In this document: positions 1-63,999 of the stretch, in pieces
Numbering within the stretch: position 1 is the stretch's first letter
Layout: each line of letters starts with the position of its first letter
Source of the DNA: the human T2T-CHM13v2.0 reference genome, Homo sapiens
Assembly: GCF_009914755.1 (NCBI RefSeq)
Contig: NC_060935.1
Length of the DNA stretch: 64,000 bases
Direction: 5' to 3' (one strand)
Program-made: the position numbers and the translations under genes
The notes under the pieces: model-generated
Seen by the model: the letters and a program-made list of their open reading frames with translations, nothing else
What the model was told of the DNA's origin: nothing
Databases searched by the model: none

Positions 1-3761
<3,761 letters not shown>

Positions 3762-4004
3762 GCTGAACCTGTTATGGACCCCCAAATTCTGAGAGTTCCT
3801 GCAACAAGAATACTGCTGTTGACACTCCAGTGGAAATCCCAGCAGCCTTGTTAGTGCACTTGAAAGTGGGAGAATGCTGACCCTGATGACTTGTACTGAT
3901 TCCTGAGCCTTAACACTGTGCTCTTTCCTTCTGTATATACCATGGTCTTACTTTCCAACTCTGTACAGATTTATTTATGGAGGAGCTAGGTCCATAAATG
4001 TTGT

Positions 4005-4010
4005 AATAAA
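4005..4010 (+). terminator. TRAPPC4: TRAPPC4 polyadenylation signal AATAAA
   Basis: AATAAA about 245 nt after the stop, followed by a GT-rich downstream element (tcttggtgtttg). Confidence 0.8.
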
Positions 4011-4733
4011 TATTCCTTTGATCTTGGTGTTTGCAATCTGTCTTAATCGATGGTTTTGGGGGAAAGATACAGGAAGTGAGTCAAAAATGGTTAGGGAATT
4101 CTGGGAAGATGATTATGTGCTAGTAAAAAACATAACAAATATGTGTTCATTAAATAAATGAACATAAGATTTTGAAGCATGAGCATTGGATCTAGTCCCA
4201 GAATTGCTGCTGATTTCCTGGGGTCCTGGGGTGGTGGCAGCAGTGGTGGTGGCTGTTATGATGATGATGATGATGGAACATATTTCAAGCACTTACAGCC
4301 AGGCATTCCTGCTTTATCTCACTTGATCTTCACCCTAACTCCAGGGGGTACATTCTGTTACAGATAAGAGATTTAGCAGACTTTCTGCCTCAAAGTTTCC
4401 AAGCTAGTTACTGACAGTCTGGGTTTGAACCAGGCTTTCTGGCTACACACTCAGTAAACCACTGTTACACTTCTTCCCTCCATCAAGTTATTTAATCTGT
4501 CCACAACCCAATAGCTTTATCTCTAAAATAATCATTGAACTATTCAATGTTCAGGTGAAGGCAGAGGAGGCATGAGTTTTAAAGGAGTCCATCTACACTT
4601 CAGCTTCCCCATTCCAGGGAAATGAAGTCTTTCCATTTTGGGGTGGAAAGAGCAGGTATTGACAATATTTCCCAAGGAAGCTGTCTCACTTTGAAAAAAT
4701 GAATCACTGACAGTGTTCAGTATCAAATCTAGT

Positions 4734-4739
4734 TTTAAT
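4734..4739 (-). terminator. SLC37A4: SLC37A4 polyadenylation signal ATTAAA
   Basis: tttaat on + reads ATTAAA on -, about 530 nt downstream of the SLC37A4 stop. Confidence 0.65.
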
Positions 4740-5271
4740 CTTCTATAACAAGTCACCTTTTCTTCCCACCTATATCCAACTGCGCCTAGTGGTACAGTGA
4801 GAATGATGGCCTCCTCTCTTTCCCTGGAGTCTGAGGTATTGGCAACAGCAGTCACCCACTGCTGAGAGGACTTAGGACCCAGCAGAAGTCAAGGGTCATT
4901 AGTGCCCTGCAGCTGCAGGGATAGCCTCACTTCAGGTGGGGATGGGGTAGGATGCGGGCAGGACAGGGCCTAGGAAAAGAAGAAGGGTACAGGAGCCTTC
5001 CTGACTGCAGAAGTTTCCTGTTTGTCTGAAGGCAGGAAATAGGAGCTAACGGAGTCTAAGGCCAAAGGTTATCTTTTAAATAGAGCATAGGATCAGGGAG
5101 CTGGGACCTCACTAGCCACTGATAACTTCCAGCGCCACCCGGGTGACAGAAAAGGCGCAGAAATGGAAAGTGAAAGGTTCAGGGCTAGCCAGGCAGGCCC
5201 CTCCTTTTCTCCCCGCAGAGCGTGCAGGGGGAAGGCCACCGTGGGATGGTGCTCCGGAACCTGGACTCTCT

Positions 5272-9748
<4,477 letters not shown>

Positions 9749-9865
9749 CTACCAGCCAAGACGCACAGCCTCTGACCACAGTTCCTGCTTGCCGCTCTCA
9801 CAGTTCCCAGATCTGCTGAGTTGGGTTTTTTCTGCTCCCTCCTCCACCCAGCCTCCCAGGCTCCC

Positions 9866-9895
9866 TTTATAGCCGCCTTCTGGACAATCATTAAG
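9866..9895 (-). promoter_or_regulatory. SLC37A4: SLC37A4 proximal promoter: TATA box (9866-9871) and HNF1-type site (9883-9895)
   Basis: The minus strand reads CTTAATGATTGTC (HNF1 consensus GTTAATNATTAAC), then TATAAA 136-141 nt upstream of the ATG. Confidence 0.75.
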
Positions 9896-10529
9896 CCTGG
9901 GGAGGCTCCAAGGGGACCCAGTGTCCTGAGGGAGACAAGAAAACAAGAGATTACTGAGCGCCAAACTGTAGGGGGTGGAGGAGGTCCCGGAAGGAGGCAT
10001 GCCTGTGAGCCAGGCCAGCACCCTGTGTCCCCAGGATTTCTGCCTTTACCTCCTCTATCATGTCTGCTTGCCTGTGAAACCAGCTTTGATTAAAGGTTCA
10101 ACCTAATTACTTTTGTCTGCCTGAGCCCAGGGGAGGCAGGGGTGGGATGAGCAGAGATGCCCTCTCTAGCCCTGCTCCCTCAGTCACAGAACCTTCTCAT
10201 TCATTCACGGAAGGTTTATTAACTTACTAGTTGACAGGCACTGCACTTGGCACTATTAGTTTCTACACCCACTCACCACCACCGCACCAAAACACAAAGT
10301 CAGACACATACCCCGGCTACCCCACTTCTAAGCCTTCTAGAGAGGGCCTCAATCCGTGGAACTCTCAATACTTAGCACATAATAGATTTAATTGTTTCCT
10401 ACAGTTGCCCCTTGTAATTCTGTGCAAGGGGGACCTCCCCAGTTCAGGTCCCACGGTGTCACACAGAAAGCCCCGCTAAGGGCTGAGGTCCTGATGGGGC
10501 CCCACAGAGCTACCTCTGGGTCCCCATTA

Positions 10530-11420
10530 CCCTGCGACGTCAGTCTGGGCTTCCTTCGGGCTAGCTGGGGGCTGCAGGGTCTGGTTTCCAACCTGTGGGA
10601 CGTTGGCAGGGGCCGCAAGCAGAGGGACTGGGCAGCTCGTGGGCGGGAAGGTGCCCCGGCGGGCTTCGGGCTGCAGGGCACAACCGTCCCGCCCAGGGCC
10701 CCGGCAACATGCCCCGGCTTTTCCGCTCAATTGGGAAAGCAACTGGAGCAGAAGGCGTAGGCGCACGCGGAGCGGGCGACCGCACGTATTCTCCCGGAGG
10801 CCCCGCGCTTCTGGCACCCAGAGGCTCAGCCTGGTAGGGGAGGGCCAGGCGGCGGGCGGGAGAGGAGGAGAGGCGGCGGGCGGCGAAGAGGCGGCGGGCT
10901 CGTGGCACCTGCCCAGCCCCGTGGGTCCTCACGCTACCCAGGACACGCTACTGTGCGGCTGGGAACCACGGGGGCCGGGGGTGCAGGAGCTGGAGAGGTG
11001 CGGAGACCACAGGACTGGCGCGATAGAAAGGGGTCTCGTGCTGGTGGTCAGGGACAGCGCCTCGGTGGCCCCAAGACCCATGAATTGTCTCTGGAACTGC
11101 AGGAACAGCTCCGGGTCGTATCGGAAGTTGGGGTTCGCCAACAATGGCTCCCCAAGACCTGAGATCCCCGCCCTCAGGTGACTCCCCTCCCCCGCATACC
11201 GCCTCCTACCTGAACAGAGGCGGGAGCCCGAATAGGACGGGGCGGGGCTAGCGAAGGCTGCGCAAGCGCGGCCGGCGGGGGCGTGGTCTTCGCCTGCTGC
11301 TTCGCTTGCCGGCCAGTGGAGTTCCCCGCCCCACATGCCGGGGACGTCGACTTACTCCCTCCCGCTGGTCACGCTGCTCCTTGGACGAACGAGCATAGCG
11401 CCCCTTAGGGGCTGGGCACG
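10530..11420 (-). promoter_or_regulatory. SLC37A4: CpG island: distal SLC37A4 promoter with candidate non-coding upstream exons
   Basis: Dense CpG with GC boxes (GGGGCGGGGC near 11239-11248). Minus-strand donor GGA|GTAAGT at 11356/11355 and acceptor ctctgttcag| at 11210/11209. Confidence 0.7.
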
Positions 11421-11510
11421 GCATGTCCAATTCTTAAGTGGTTGCATTCAACAAACCAGTTTTTAGTGAGTGCCCTCCTCTACAAAACACACCGAACACT
11501 AAGGTGATAA

Positions 11511-11871
<361 letters not shown>

Positions 11872-12118
11872 CCACAATTTGGAATTTTAACTTGTGGTTA
11901 GATTGTTGGGGACAGAGACGGGGCCTGGAGTAAATATCAAATTCTAGTCCTAGACCCACAGCATTCTAACTGTATGACCTTGGTTAATCTCTATGAGCTC
12001 CCGTTTCCTACCAGCCTGGTAGATCATTGTGAAGACTCAACAGATGATTTAGATAAGAGCTCAGAAATTCTATAAGAGTTCTCAACAACAATGGTTTTCA
12101 CTGATCCCAGTTAAGAGT

Positions 12119-12435
12119 TGTGAGGAGTAACAGTAGTGATGCTATTTTACAACAATGATGACTGTGTTCTCAGAAACAGAGCAAATGTTAACCCTGCCCA
12201 TAGCTTCAACAGAAGGTAACATAGCCTAACAAAGTCCCCAACAGTCCCAATCAGCCAGCACTTCCCGACCTCTCCCCAATAGAAACGATATTATAAAAGC
12301 CTCAGCTTGTAAGCGATCAGGGTCTCAGCCAGACTCCTGACTGGAACTCCTTGCAGGCTTATTCCTGTGAATAAACCTGTTTGGCCGTTGAGTTGCCTCC
12401 TGTCTCTCGCTCTCTTCCCTTATATCTTCCTAACA
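12119..12435 (+). mobile_element. Solo LTR, 317 bp, probably ERVL class (family not determined)
   Basis: TG...CA termini with a 5-bp TSD AGAGT (12114-12118 and 12436-12440). Internal CCAAT (12247, 12276), TATAAAA (12292) and AATAAA (12370). Confidence 0.75.
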
Positions 12436-12506
12436 AGAGTGGCTGAAGGAATTGTAAGTGTTCCAAAATTGAGAGCAAAGATCTTTTACTCCAGAGAAGA
12501 TGGTCA

Positions 12507-24510
<12,004 letters not shown>

Positions 24511-24564
24511 CAAAATTTTTCTATTTTTAAAAACTCACAGCACAAAAACTGTAGAAAAGAATAT

Positions 24565-24570
24565 TTTATT
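24565..24570 (-). terminator. HYOU1: HYOU1 polyadenylation signal AATAAA
   Basis: tttatt on +, about 1.39 kb downstream of the HYOU1 stop, with a U/GU-rich downstream element on the minus strand. Confidence 0.8.
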
Positions 24571-25954
24571 GAAACAGTTTCTCAATTAACAATGGAGCAA
24601 AGTACAATTTGACTCAAACCTGTCCAACCAGCATCAACAGCTACTGAAAGAATTCAAACATACAGAAGAGGTGGGGGTGGGGTGAGGGGTGGGACCCTTA
24701 GGTCCCATCTCTGCCAATGTGGCAAAAAAAAAAAAAAAAGGAAAAGACAAAATGACTGACACAGCCAGGTTCATTCTTGTCTTGGAGCTGAGGCAGCAGC
24801 CCTAGCTCCTGCTACAGACGGAATACTGGAGGACGGGCTCCCTAGGCGTAGGTATGGTGGGTCGGGGGCCCCCAACCTAGCAGAGTGATGCACAGAGGAA
24901 GGCCAGCCCTGACCCTCCTCCTTCATCCACAGGCCTGCCTCAGAGAGAGGGAGGTGGCATCTCTACATTCACACCATGGTCTCTCCTTTCCCCAGGATCT
25001 TGGGATAGGGACTCACAGTAGAAAGCACATTTTGGTCAGCCCAGGGGGTCAGGGGGTGAGGGAAAGGCTCTGTCTGGGAGGAGCAGAACAGCAGAAGAGA
25101 GGAGGAGGCAGGGAGTTACAGGAACCTGGGGTACCAGGCTGCTGGGAAGATGCAGATTATGACAGAGCTTGCACGATGCTGGCACCCCATGCCAACCACT
25201 CTACGTGGCTTTCCTCTTCGGAGAGGTGGTGGGCTCCCTTCTTCACTGTGCCCCTCCCTCCTCTGGCCACTAGGGGTGGGAAATACGAGTGAGAATCCTT
25301 CCAGATTTACTTCCGCCAATCCAGAGGTACAGGCTTTTAGGCAAGGGGCAGAGAACTGCCCAATTTGCTGCAGGAAGCCAAGGAAACCCAGGGGGAAAGG
25401 AGCTGCATGGGAATGGGGAAGGGAGGCTCAGAGCAAGAGAAGCCCGCAGAGGGAGGAAAGAGCACAGATAGGCACTCAGAAACCAAACCTGGTAACTGAG
25501 GCTCTGCAGACACTGGCCTGAAAGGATGCTCATCGCATGGTGGGAGAGGAAGGGAGGGAAGGAACAATCACCAGAGAAGAGTGGAAACTCCCCAGCAACC
25601 TGATACCCTTCCCATCACCGGGACCCATCAGCCACTGGCAGCCATTCTCTTCCTACCCACAGGCAAAGGATTCAGAAATTAATAGTGATTTTTCCCAAAT
25701 TTAGGGCCTATATGGGTAGGGAACAGGGAGTGGGGCTGGGGAGGAGAACAGTTTCCATTTTTAACCACAGAGGTACTGCAGAAGGAACCAGTGAGCTGTC
25801 CCTCCCTTCCCCTTCTCCACACCTCCAAATCACAGGGGTGAGAAAGGAACTCCAGCCGAGGGCAGGACCAACCCCTCCCCCAACCCTCGATGTTAAATAA
25901 ATAGAAGTGGTGGGGGAAGGGGGTGGAGATGAATGGGGAAAACAGAGGTGGGGG

Positions 25955-36511
<10,557 letters not shown>

Positions 36512-36979
36512 AGTGCCCCTGGGGGAGGCGAAGAAAGAAAACACTTAAAACTGGATACCCGGAGTGAAGGAGACAGAATCACATCCCAGAACGGAGAGGC
36601 TGTAAGATTCATATCTACTTCATTCTTACCCAGGGCAGATCAGCCTACTTCTCCCCTTCTCCCTCCTGATGGGTACAAACCATTCTCTAATCATCCCAGC
36701 AGCGCCCACACAAAGGCCCAAGTGAAAGAGCATGGGTCCTCGGCTTTGCCACATCCCTAAACAGAGAAGCTAACAGGACAAGAGAAAGGAGACCCGAGCC
36801 TTTTGTCCACCACACAGGCAGTGAGTGGCGCACCGCAGCACTGTGCCTGTTGTCAGACACCTGGGGTGCGGCCAGGGATCCCCGCCCAGGGCTCAACCAC
36901 CTCCCCACACCTGGAGCTCCCCCGCTGACGGGGAAAGCCAGCTGGGCCTGGACGGGAAGAGAAAGGTAATGACGTTGGG

Positions 36980-38060
36980 GGTAGCTAGGATGAAGGAAAG
37001 GCCTATCTCCTCCTCGGCATCCCTGCGGGTTGTCCCGCCCCCTCCCCTTTCCCAGCTCACTCCCCGGCCCCGCTGTGCCCACAGACGCAGTGCCAGGGGC
37101 GGTAAGGTTCCCCGCCCGGCGGGTAGCCGTTACCCGGTGTTCACCTAAACCCCACCTGACGAAGGCGGCGGCTCCCACTCCCGGAAACGGATCCCGGCCC
37201 GCCCCAGCAAGTGGGGACAGACCGGGGGCCGAGCTGCGTGCCCCCCGGTGCGAGGCCGAGCGCCCGGCGTCCGCGCGGCCCTCCCTTGCGCTCCCGACCC
37301 GCCCCCGGAGCTCGCACGCTGTCTCCCCTAGGAGGGGTGGCCGGCCCGCACCTCCATCCACCCCCGCTACCTCTTGCCTCCGCTCCTGCGGCCCCAGCTC
37401 TGGGACAGACGCGGCACGAACGTACCCACGAGGCCGGCAGCGCCCCCCACCCGCGCCCTTCACAACTCCTCTCGGTTTGCAAACTGTTACATTAGCCACC
37501 AACCTCTCGGCGGCGTCTCGCGCACCAGCCGGCCCCGGACGCGGCGCGCGCTCATTGGAGCCTCGGCCGCCCGGCCCTGCGCTGCGCGCCCGGCCCCGCC
37601 CCCGCCGCCCCGGCGCGCGTACTCATTGGACCACGTCCCAGGCCCCGCCCCCTCCCTTTGCCAGCCTTGTAATGGGGGCGGCGGAGGGGACCAGCCACCG
37701 GTTGGGCAGAAGCAGCCGGCGTCGGCCTGGGATTGGACCACGTCACGGGGCCAGCGCGCTCCACTCCTTCCTCCCCAGCGCCGGCCCCGGGGCGACCGCG
37801 GGACCTTTTCCGGCGCTGGATGCTTTGCTGCCGGGGTTCGGGAGTGACCTGCGCCTAGAGCAGGTCGGGCGCACTGCAGTCCCGCACTCAGGGTTCTTCT
37901 TCCGGTCACCTGTAGAGCCCGGCCGAGGAATGGAATAACAGGCGTCCTGTCCGCAGCCCCGCGGAGGGGGCGCTGGCCTGCCGGTTAGTATTGAGGTGCC
38001 CTAGGCTTTGGATAGACGTTGGAGAATGGCTGTGCCTCGGACTGAGTCCGTCGCAACCCC
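36980..38060 (-). promoter_or_regulatory. HYOU1: HYOU1 CpG-island promoter and non-coding first exon (donor at 37426/37425)
   Basis: Very CpG-rich with GC boxes. Minus-strand donor GTGG|gtacgt. The acceptor of the first coding exon is at 36519/36518, 7 nt before the ATG. Confidence 0.8.
37540..37745. promoter_or_regulatory. HYOU1: ER-stress response elements: ERSE-like, two ERSE-II and a UPRE
   Basis: CCAAT-N9-CCGCG on - (37540-37558). ATTGG-A-CCACG on + at 37625-37635 and 37732-37742. TGACGTGG on - at 37738-37745. Confidence 0.85.
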
Positions 38061-38459
38061 CTCTGTTTTACTGAGGAAACTGAAGCCACAGAAAAAGATG
38101 TTTGCTGATGGGTCAGAGATAACCGATGCATTCGTCGCAGAATCTGGCCAGGATTTCTTAGGTTAAGCCCCACTCATTTGTATAAGAAAGAATATTCCAA
38201 ACTTAAGTACTACACACAAAAGACACTTTTATTTGTGAGGCTATAGTTGGTTGAGCTTGTGTGCACCTTCTCCTATTTCTGTTCTATTAAATCTTGTGAA
38301 CATTTCTCTACTCTTTAGCTGTTTCTGTCATAGAATGACAGAAGCACCTCACTGCCTTCTCTTTTAACTTACAGCTCCATAGAAATGTGCGCAGTCGCCC
38401 GGGCGCGGTGGCTCACGCCTGTAATCCCAGCATTTTGGGAGGCCAAGGCGGGCGAATCA

Positions 38460-38756
<297 letters not shown>

Positions 38757-38971
38757 CTACTAAGTTGATGCCTGGCCACCCTTCACAGAAAGGCCCGCTT
38801 GAAGACCCTGGCTGTCAGGGCCAGGGTTGTGTCAAGCCTGAACTTGTTTAAGGAGCTCTTAGCTCTTCCTTTCTCTACATTTTTCGTGATGCTTAGGTGG
38901 AGAGTGGTCCGGTGTCTATGCTTAGAAGGAAAAATTATTGGCAGTCCCAGAGAGAGTCTATTCTTCCTTTT

Positions 38972-40320
38972 TTTTTTTTTTTTTTTTTTTTTTATTGATC
39001 ATTCTTGGGTGTTTCTGGCAGAGGGGGATTTGGCAGGGTCATAGGACAATAGTGGAGGGAAGGTCAGCAGATAAACAAGTGAACAAAGGTCTCTGGCTTT
39101 CCTAGGCAGAGGACCCTGCGGCCTTCCGCAGTGTTTGTGTCCCTGGGTACTTGAGATTAGGGAGTGGTGATGACTCCTAACGAGCATGCTGCCTTCAAGC
39201 ATCTGTTTAACAAAGCACATCTTGCACCGCCCTTAATCCATTTAACCCTGAGTGGACACAGCACATGTTTCAGAGAGCACAGGGTTGGGGGTAAGGTCAT
39301 AGATCAACAGCATCCCAAGGCAGAAGAATTTTTCTTAGTACAGAACAAAATGAAGTCTCCCATGTCTACTTCTTTCCACACAGACACAGCAACAATCCGA
39401 TCTCTATCTTTTCCCCACCTTTCCCCCTTTTCTATTCCACAAAACCACCATTGTCATCATGGCCCGTTCTCAATGAGCTGTTGGGTACACCTCCTAGACG
39501 GGGTGGTGGCCGGGCAGAGGGGCTCCTCACCTCCCAGAAGGGGCGGCCGGGCAGAGGCGCCCCCCACCTCCCAGACGGGGCGGCGGCCGGGCGGAGGCGC
39601 CCCCCCACCTCCCTCCCGGACGGGGCGGCTGGCCGTGCGGGGGCTGGCCCCCCACCTCCCTCCCGGACGGGGCGGCTGGCGGGGTGGCTACGGCGGGGCA
39701 GAGGCGCTCCCCACATCTCAGATGATGGGCGGCCGGGCAGAGACGCTCCTCACTTCTTAGACGGGATGGCGGCCGGGAAGAGGCGCTCCTCACTTCCCAG
39801 ACTGGGCAGCCGGGCAGAGGGGCTCCTCACATCCCAGACGATGGGCGGCCAGGCAGAGACGCTCCTCACTTCCCAGACGGGGTGGCGGCCGGGCAGAGGC
39901 TGCAATCTCGGCACTTTGGGAGGCCAAGGCAGGCGGCTGGGAGGTGGAGGTTGTAGCTAGCCGAGATCACGCCACTGCACTCCAGCCTGGGCAACATTGA
40001 GCACTGAGTGAACGAGACTCCGTCTGCAATCCCGGCACCTCGGGAGGCCGAGGCTGGCGGATCACTCGCGGTTAGGAGCTGGAGACCAGCCCGGCCAACA
40101 CAGCGAAACCCCGTCTCCACCAAAAAAACACAGGCGTGGCGGCGCGCGCCCGCAATCGCAGGCACTCGGCAGGCTGAGGCAGGAGAATCAGGCAGGGAGG
40201 TTGCAGTGAGCCGAGATGGCAGCAGTACAGTCTAGCTTCGGCTGGGCATCAGAGGGAGACCGTGGAAAGAGAGGGAGAGGGAGACCCTGGGGAAAGGGGG
40301 AGGGGGAGGGGGAGGGAGAG
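38972..40320 (-). mobile_element. SVA retrotransposon, structurally complete (hexamer head, Alu-like domain, VNTR, SINE-R, polyA)
   Basis: Poly-T to about 38993, SINE-R ~38990-39480, GC-rich VNTR ~39500-39900, Alu-like ~39900-40250 and CCCTCT/CCCCCT head ~40250-40320. TSD CTATTCTTCCTTTT at 38958-38971 and 40321-40334 with a TTTT/AA L1-EN site. Confidence 0.95.
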
Positions 40321-40865
40321 CTATTCTTCCTTTTAAGAATAGTTATGTATTCAGGCAGTAGACAAATTGGTAGAAATAGAAATTCAGTTAAAATTTTAAC
40401 AGAATTTAATTACACAAATAATACACAAATGTAATCTTTAAAAAATTCATTCTACACAAAGGCAAATTTCCTTGATGCCAACCCAAACCCCCACTCTCTC
40501 TTGTGGAGGCACCTGCTATTGTCAGTGTGGTGTATAAGTTTCCAGGTCTTTCCCTCTTTTACACATATAGATATCCTAGAAACATGTAGCTTTTATCTTT
40601 TCATAATATACATTTTTTATTTTTTGCAACCAACACCTTGTTTGCCTTTTATCTTTTTTAAAACCATAAAATGTTACACAGTTACATTGTTTGCAATTTT
40701 TTTAAACTAATAATAAAGTGTGGAGCATTTTCCATGTAACTGTGGTTCACTTCCTCGTTTACTGCTGTAGAACATTCCATAGCATGGGGTTCGTTCTGCC
40801 ATAATGATAGACATATACGCTGTCAGTTCAATTCCACAGGGAAAGATTTTGTTTCTCAGTAATAG

Positions 40866-62013
<21,148 letters not shown>

Positions 62014-62337
62014 GCAGCCTGGAGGAAGATGTGGGCAACAGTGGAGGACCAAGAGAACAGACACAATGGGACCTGGGCGGGCGTTACACAGAAGGCTGGC
62101 TGACATGCCCAGGGCTCCACTCTCATCTAATGTCACAGCCCTCAGAACTAAAGCGGACTTTCTTTCCCTGCCTTCTTATTTAGTCAGCTTGCCATCCCTC
62201 CTCTTCACTAGCAGTGTAGATCATTCCAGATCAGTGGGGGAGGGCACCTCAGCAACCTCTGAGTGTGGACAATAGCTGCTTTCTTCTCTATCCAAGAGCA
62301 CCAGGCTGTGCTTGGGTCCTTGCTCTCAGAGTCTATA

Positions 62338-62343
62338 AATAAA
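62338..62343 (+). terminator. VPS11: VPS11 polyadenylation signal AATAAA
   Basis: AATAAA about 325 nt after the TAA stop. Confidence 0.8.
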
Positions 62344-62958
62344 AGAATATAATGATTTGGGAGCTTAAGGATTTTTTTCTGGGGACTTCCTGGTGATTCT
62401 TAACTGCATGATGGACTTCCTTCCCTCTGCTCTCCTGGCGTTCCACTTCCCTCCTACGGTTTTCTTGGAGACCATGTTGACTCAGTCTCGTTCTGGTAAT
62501 GGGTGGGGCCTGTGGCATCGCATACAGTTCAATTTACTGAAGAACCTCTGCAAAAGACCTAATGACTGAGCTCCAGGAGCAGCCTGGACCAAGACCCCCA
62601 AAACAGCTCTTACTCTTTCCTCTTCCTGGTCTCTATGGCTGTAGTTTGGGCAAAATATTCAAGCAGGAGGCAGATTCTGGTAGGGAGCTTTGGGCTTAAC
62701 CTACCTTAAATAATGGGTAGGTTGGTGTCTTGCTATACTTAATACCAGATGATAAACGGGATAAAAGGTCCTTTCTGGAAACACCTTTCCCTCTCTGAAA
62801 TTGTCAGCTAAAGTTTATGTTGCTAGGTGTCCCCGTGTAATTTGGGTGGTGCTGCCTGTCTGAAAATTGCTCCTATGTTGTTGTTTTCCCCACAGCCTCA
62901 CCTAATTTCATCTTCTACGTTGTTTAATTGGAGGACGTAAGTTTGACACTGTGGTTTA

Positions 62959-63261
<303 letters not shown>

Positions 63262-63729
63262 TCAAAAAGTAAAAAATTAAAAAACAGTGGCAGTATTGTA
63301 GCTGCTATGCTATGAGTAGACTTTGCATCTACTGAGCTGGGTTTGAATCCTAGTTGTGCTGTTTGACTTAAGGCACATCTTACCTTCTCAACATGTTTTT
63401 TTTTTTTTTTTTTTGAGATGTATTTTTTTTCAGTGGGTTTTTGGGGAACAGTTGGTATTTGGCTATGTGAATAAGTTCTTTAGTAGTGATTTCTGAGATT
63501 TGGTGCCCATCACCCAAGCAGTGTACACTGTACCCAATGTGTAGTCTCTTATCCCTCACCCTGCTCCCACCCTTTCCCCCTCAACCTGTGTCTTCATCTG
63601 TACGTTAGGGATTATAACACCTATGCTGTGTGGCTATTATGAAAGCCTAAGGATCAAATAGGTGTTCAGTTCTTTGTACAGTGCTGAGCACATGGGTGAT
63701 TTTTTTTTTCTTCTTAAGACAGGGTCTCA

Positions 63730-63999
<270 letters not shown>

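Noticed and set aside
4240-4276. (GGT/GGC)n-(GAT)n microsatellite giving a Gly/Asp-rich 62-aa ORF
   Set aside because: Short intergenic simple repeat with no splice or promoter support for coding.
10392-11430. Long overlapping ORFs (up to 192 aa) in the SLC37A4 CpG island
   Set aside because: Stop-poor GC-rich sequence with low-complexity Arg/Gly/Pro/Ala translations and no recognisable domain.
36687-37938. 302-aa (+) and 271-aa (-) ORFs at the HYOU1 promoter
   Set aside because: CpG-island artefacts overlapping promoter elements, with no homology evident.
39164-40434. ORFs of 169-198 aa and tandem GC-rich repeats
   Set aside because: These are the SVA VNTR, SINE-R and Alu-like domains, not genes and not a CRISPR array.
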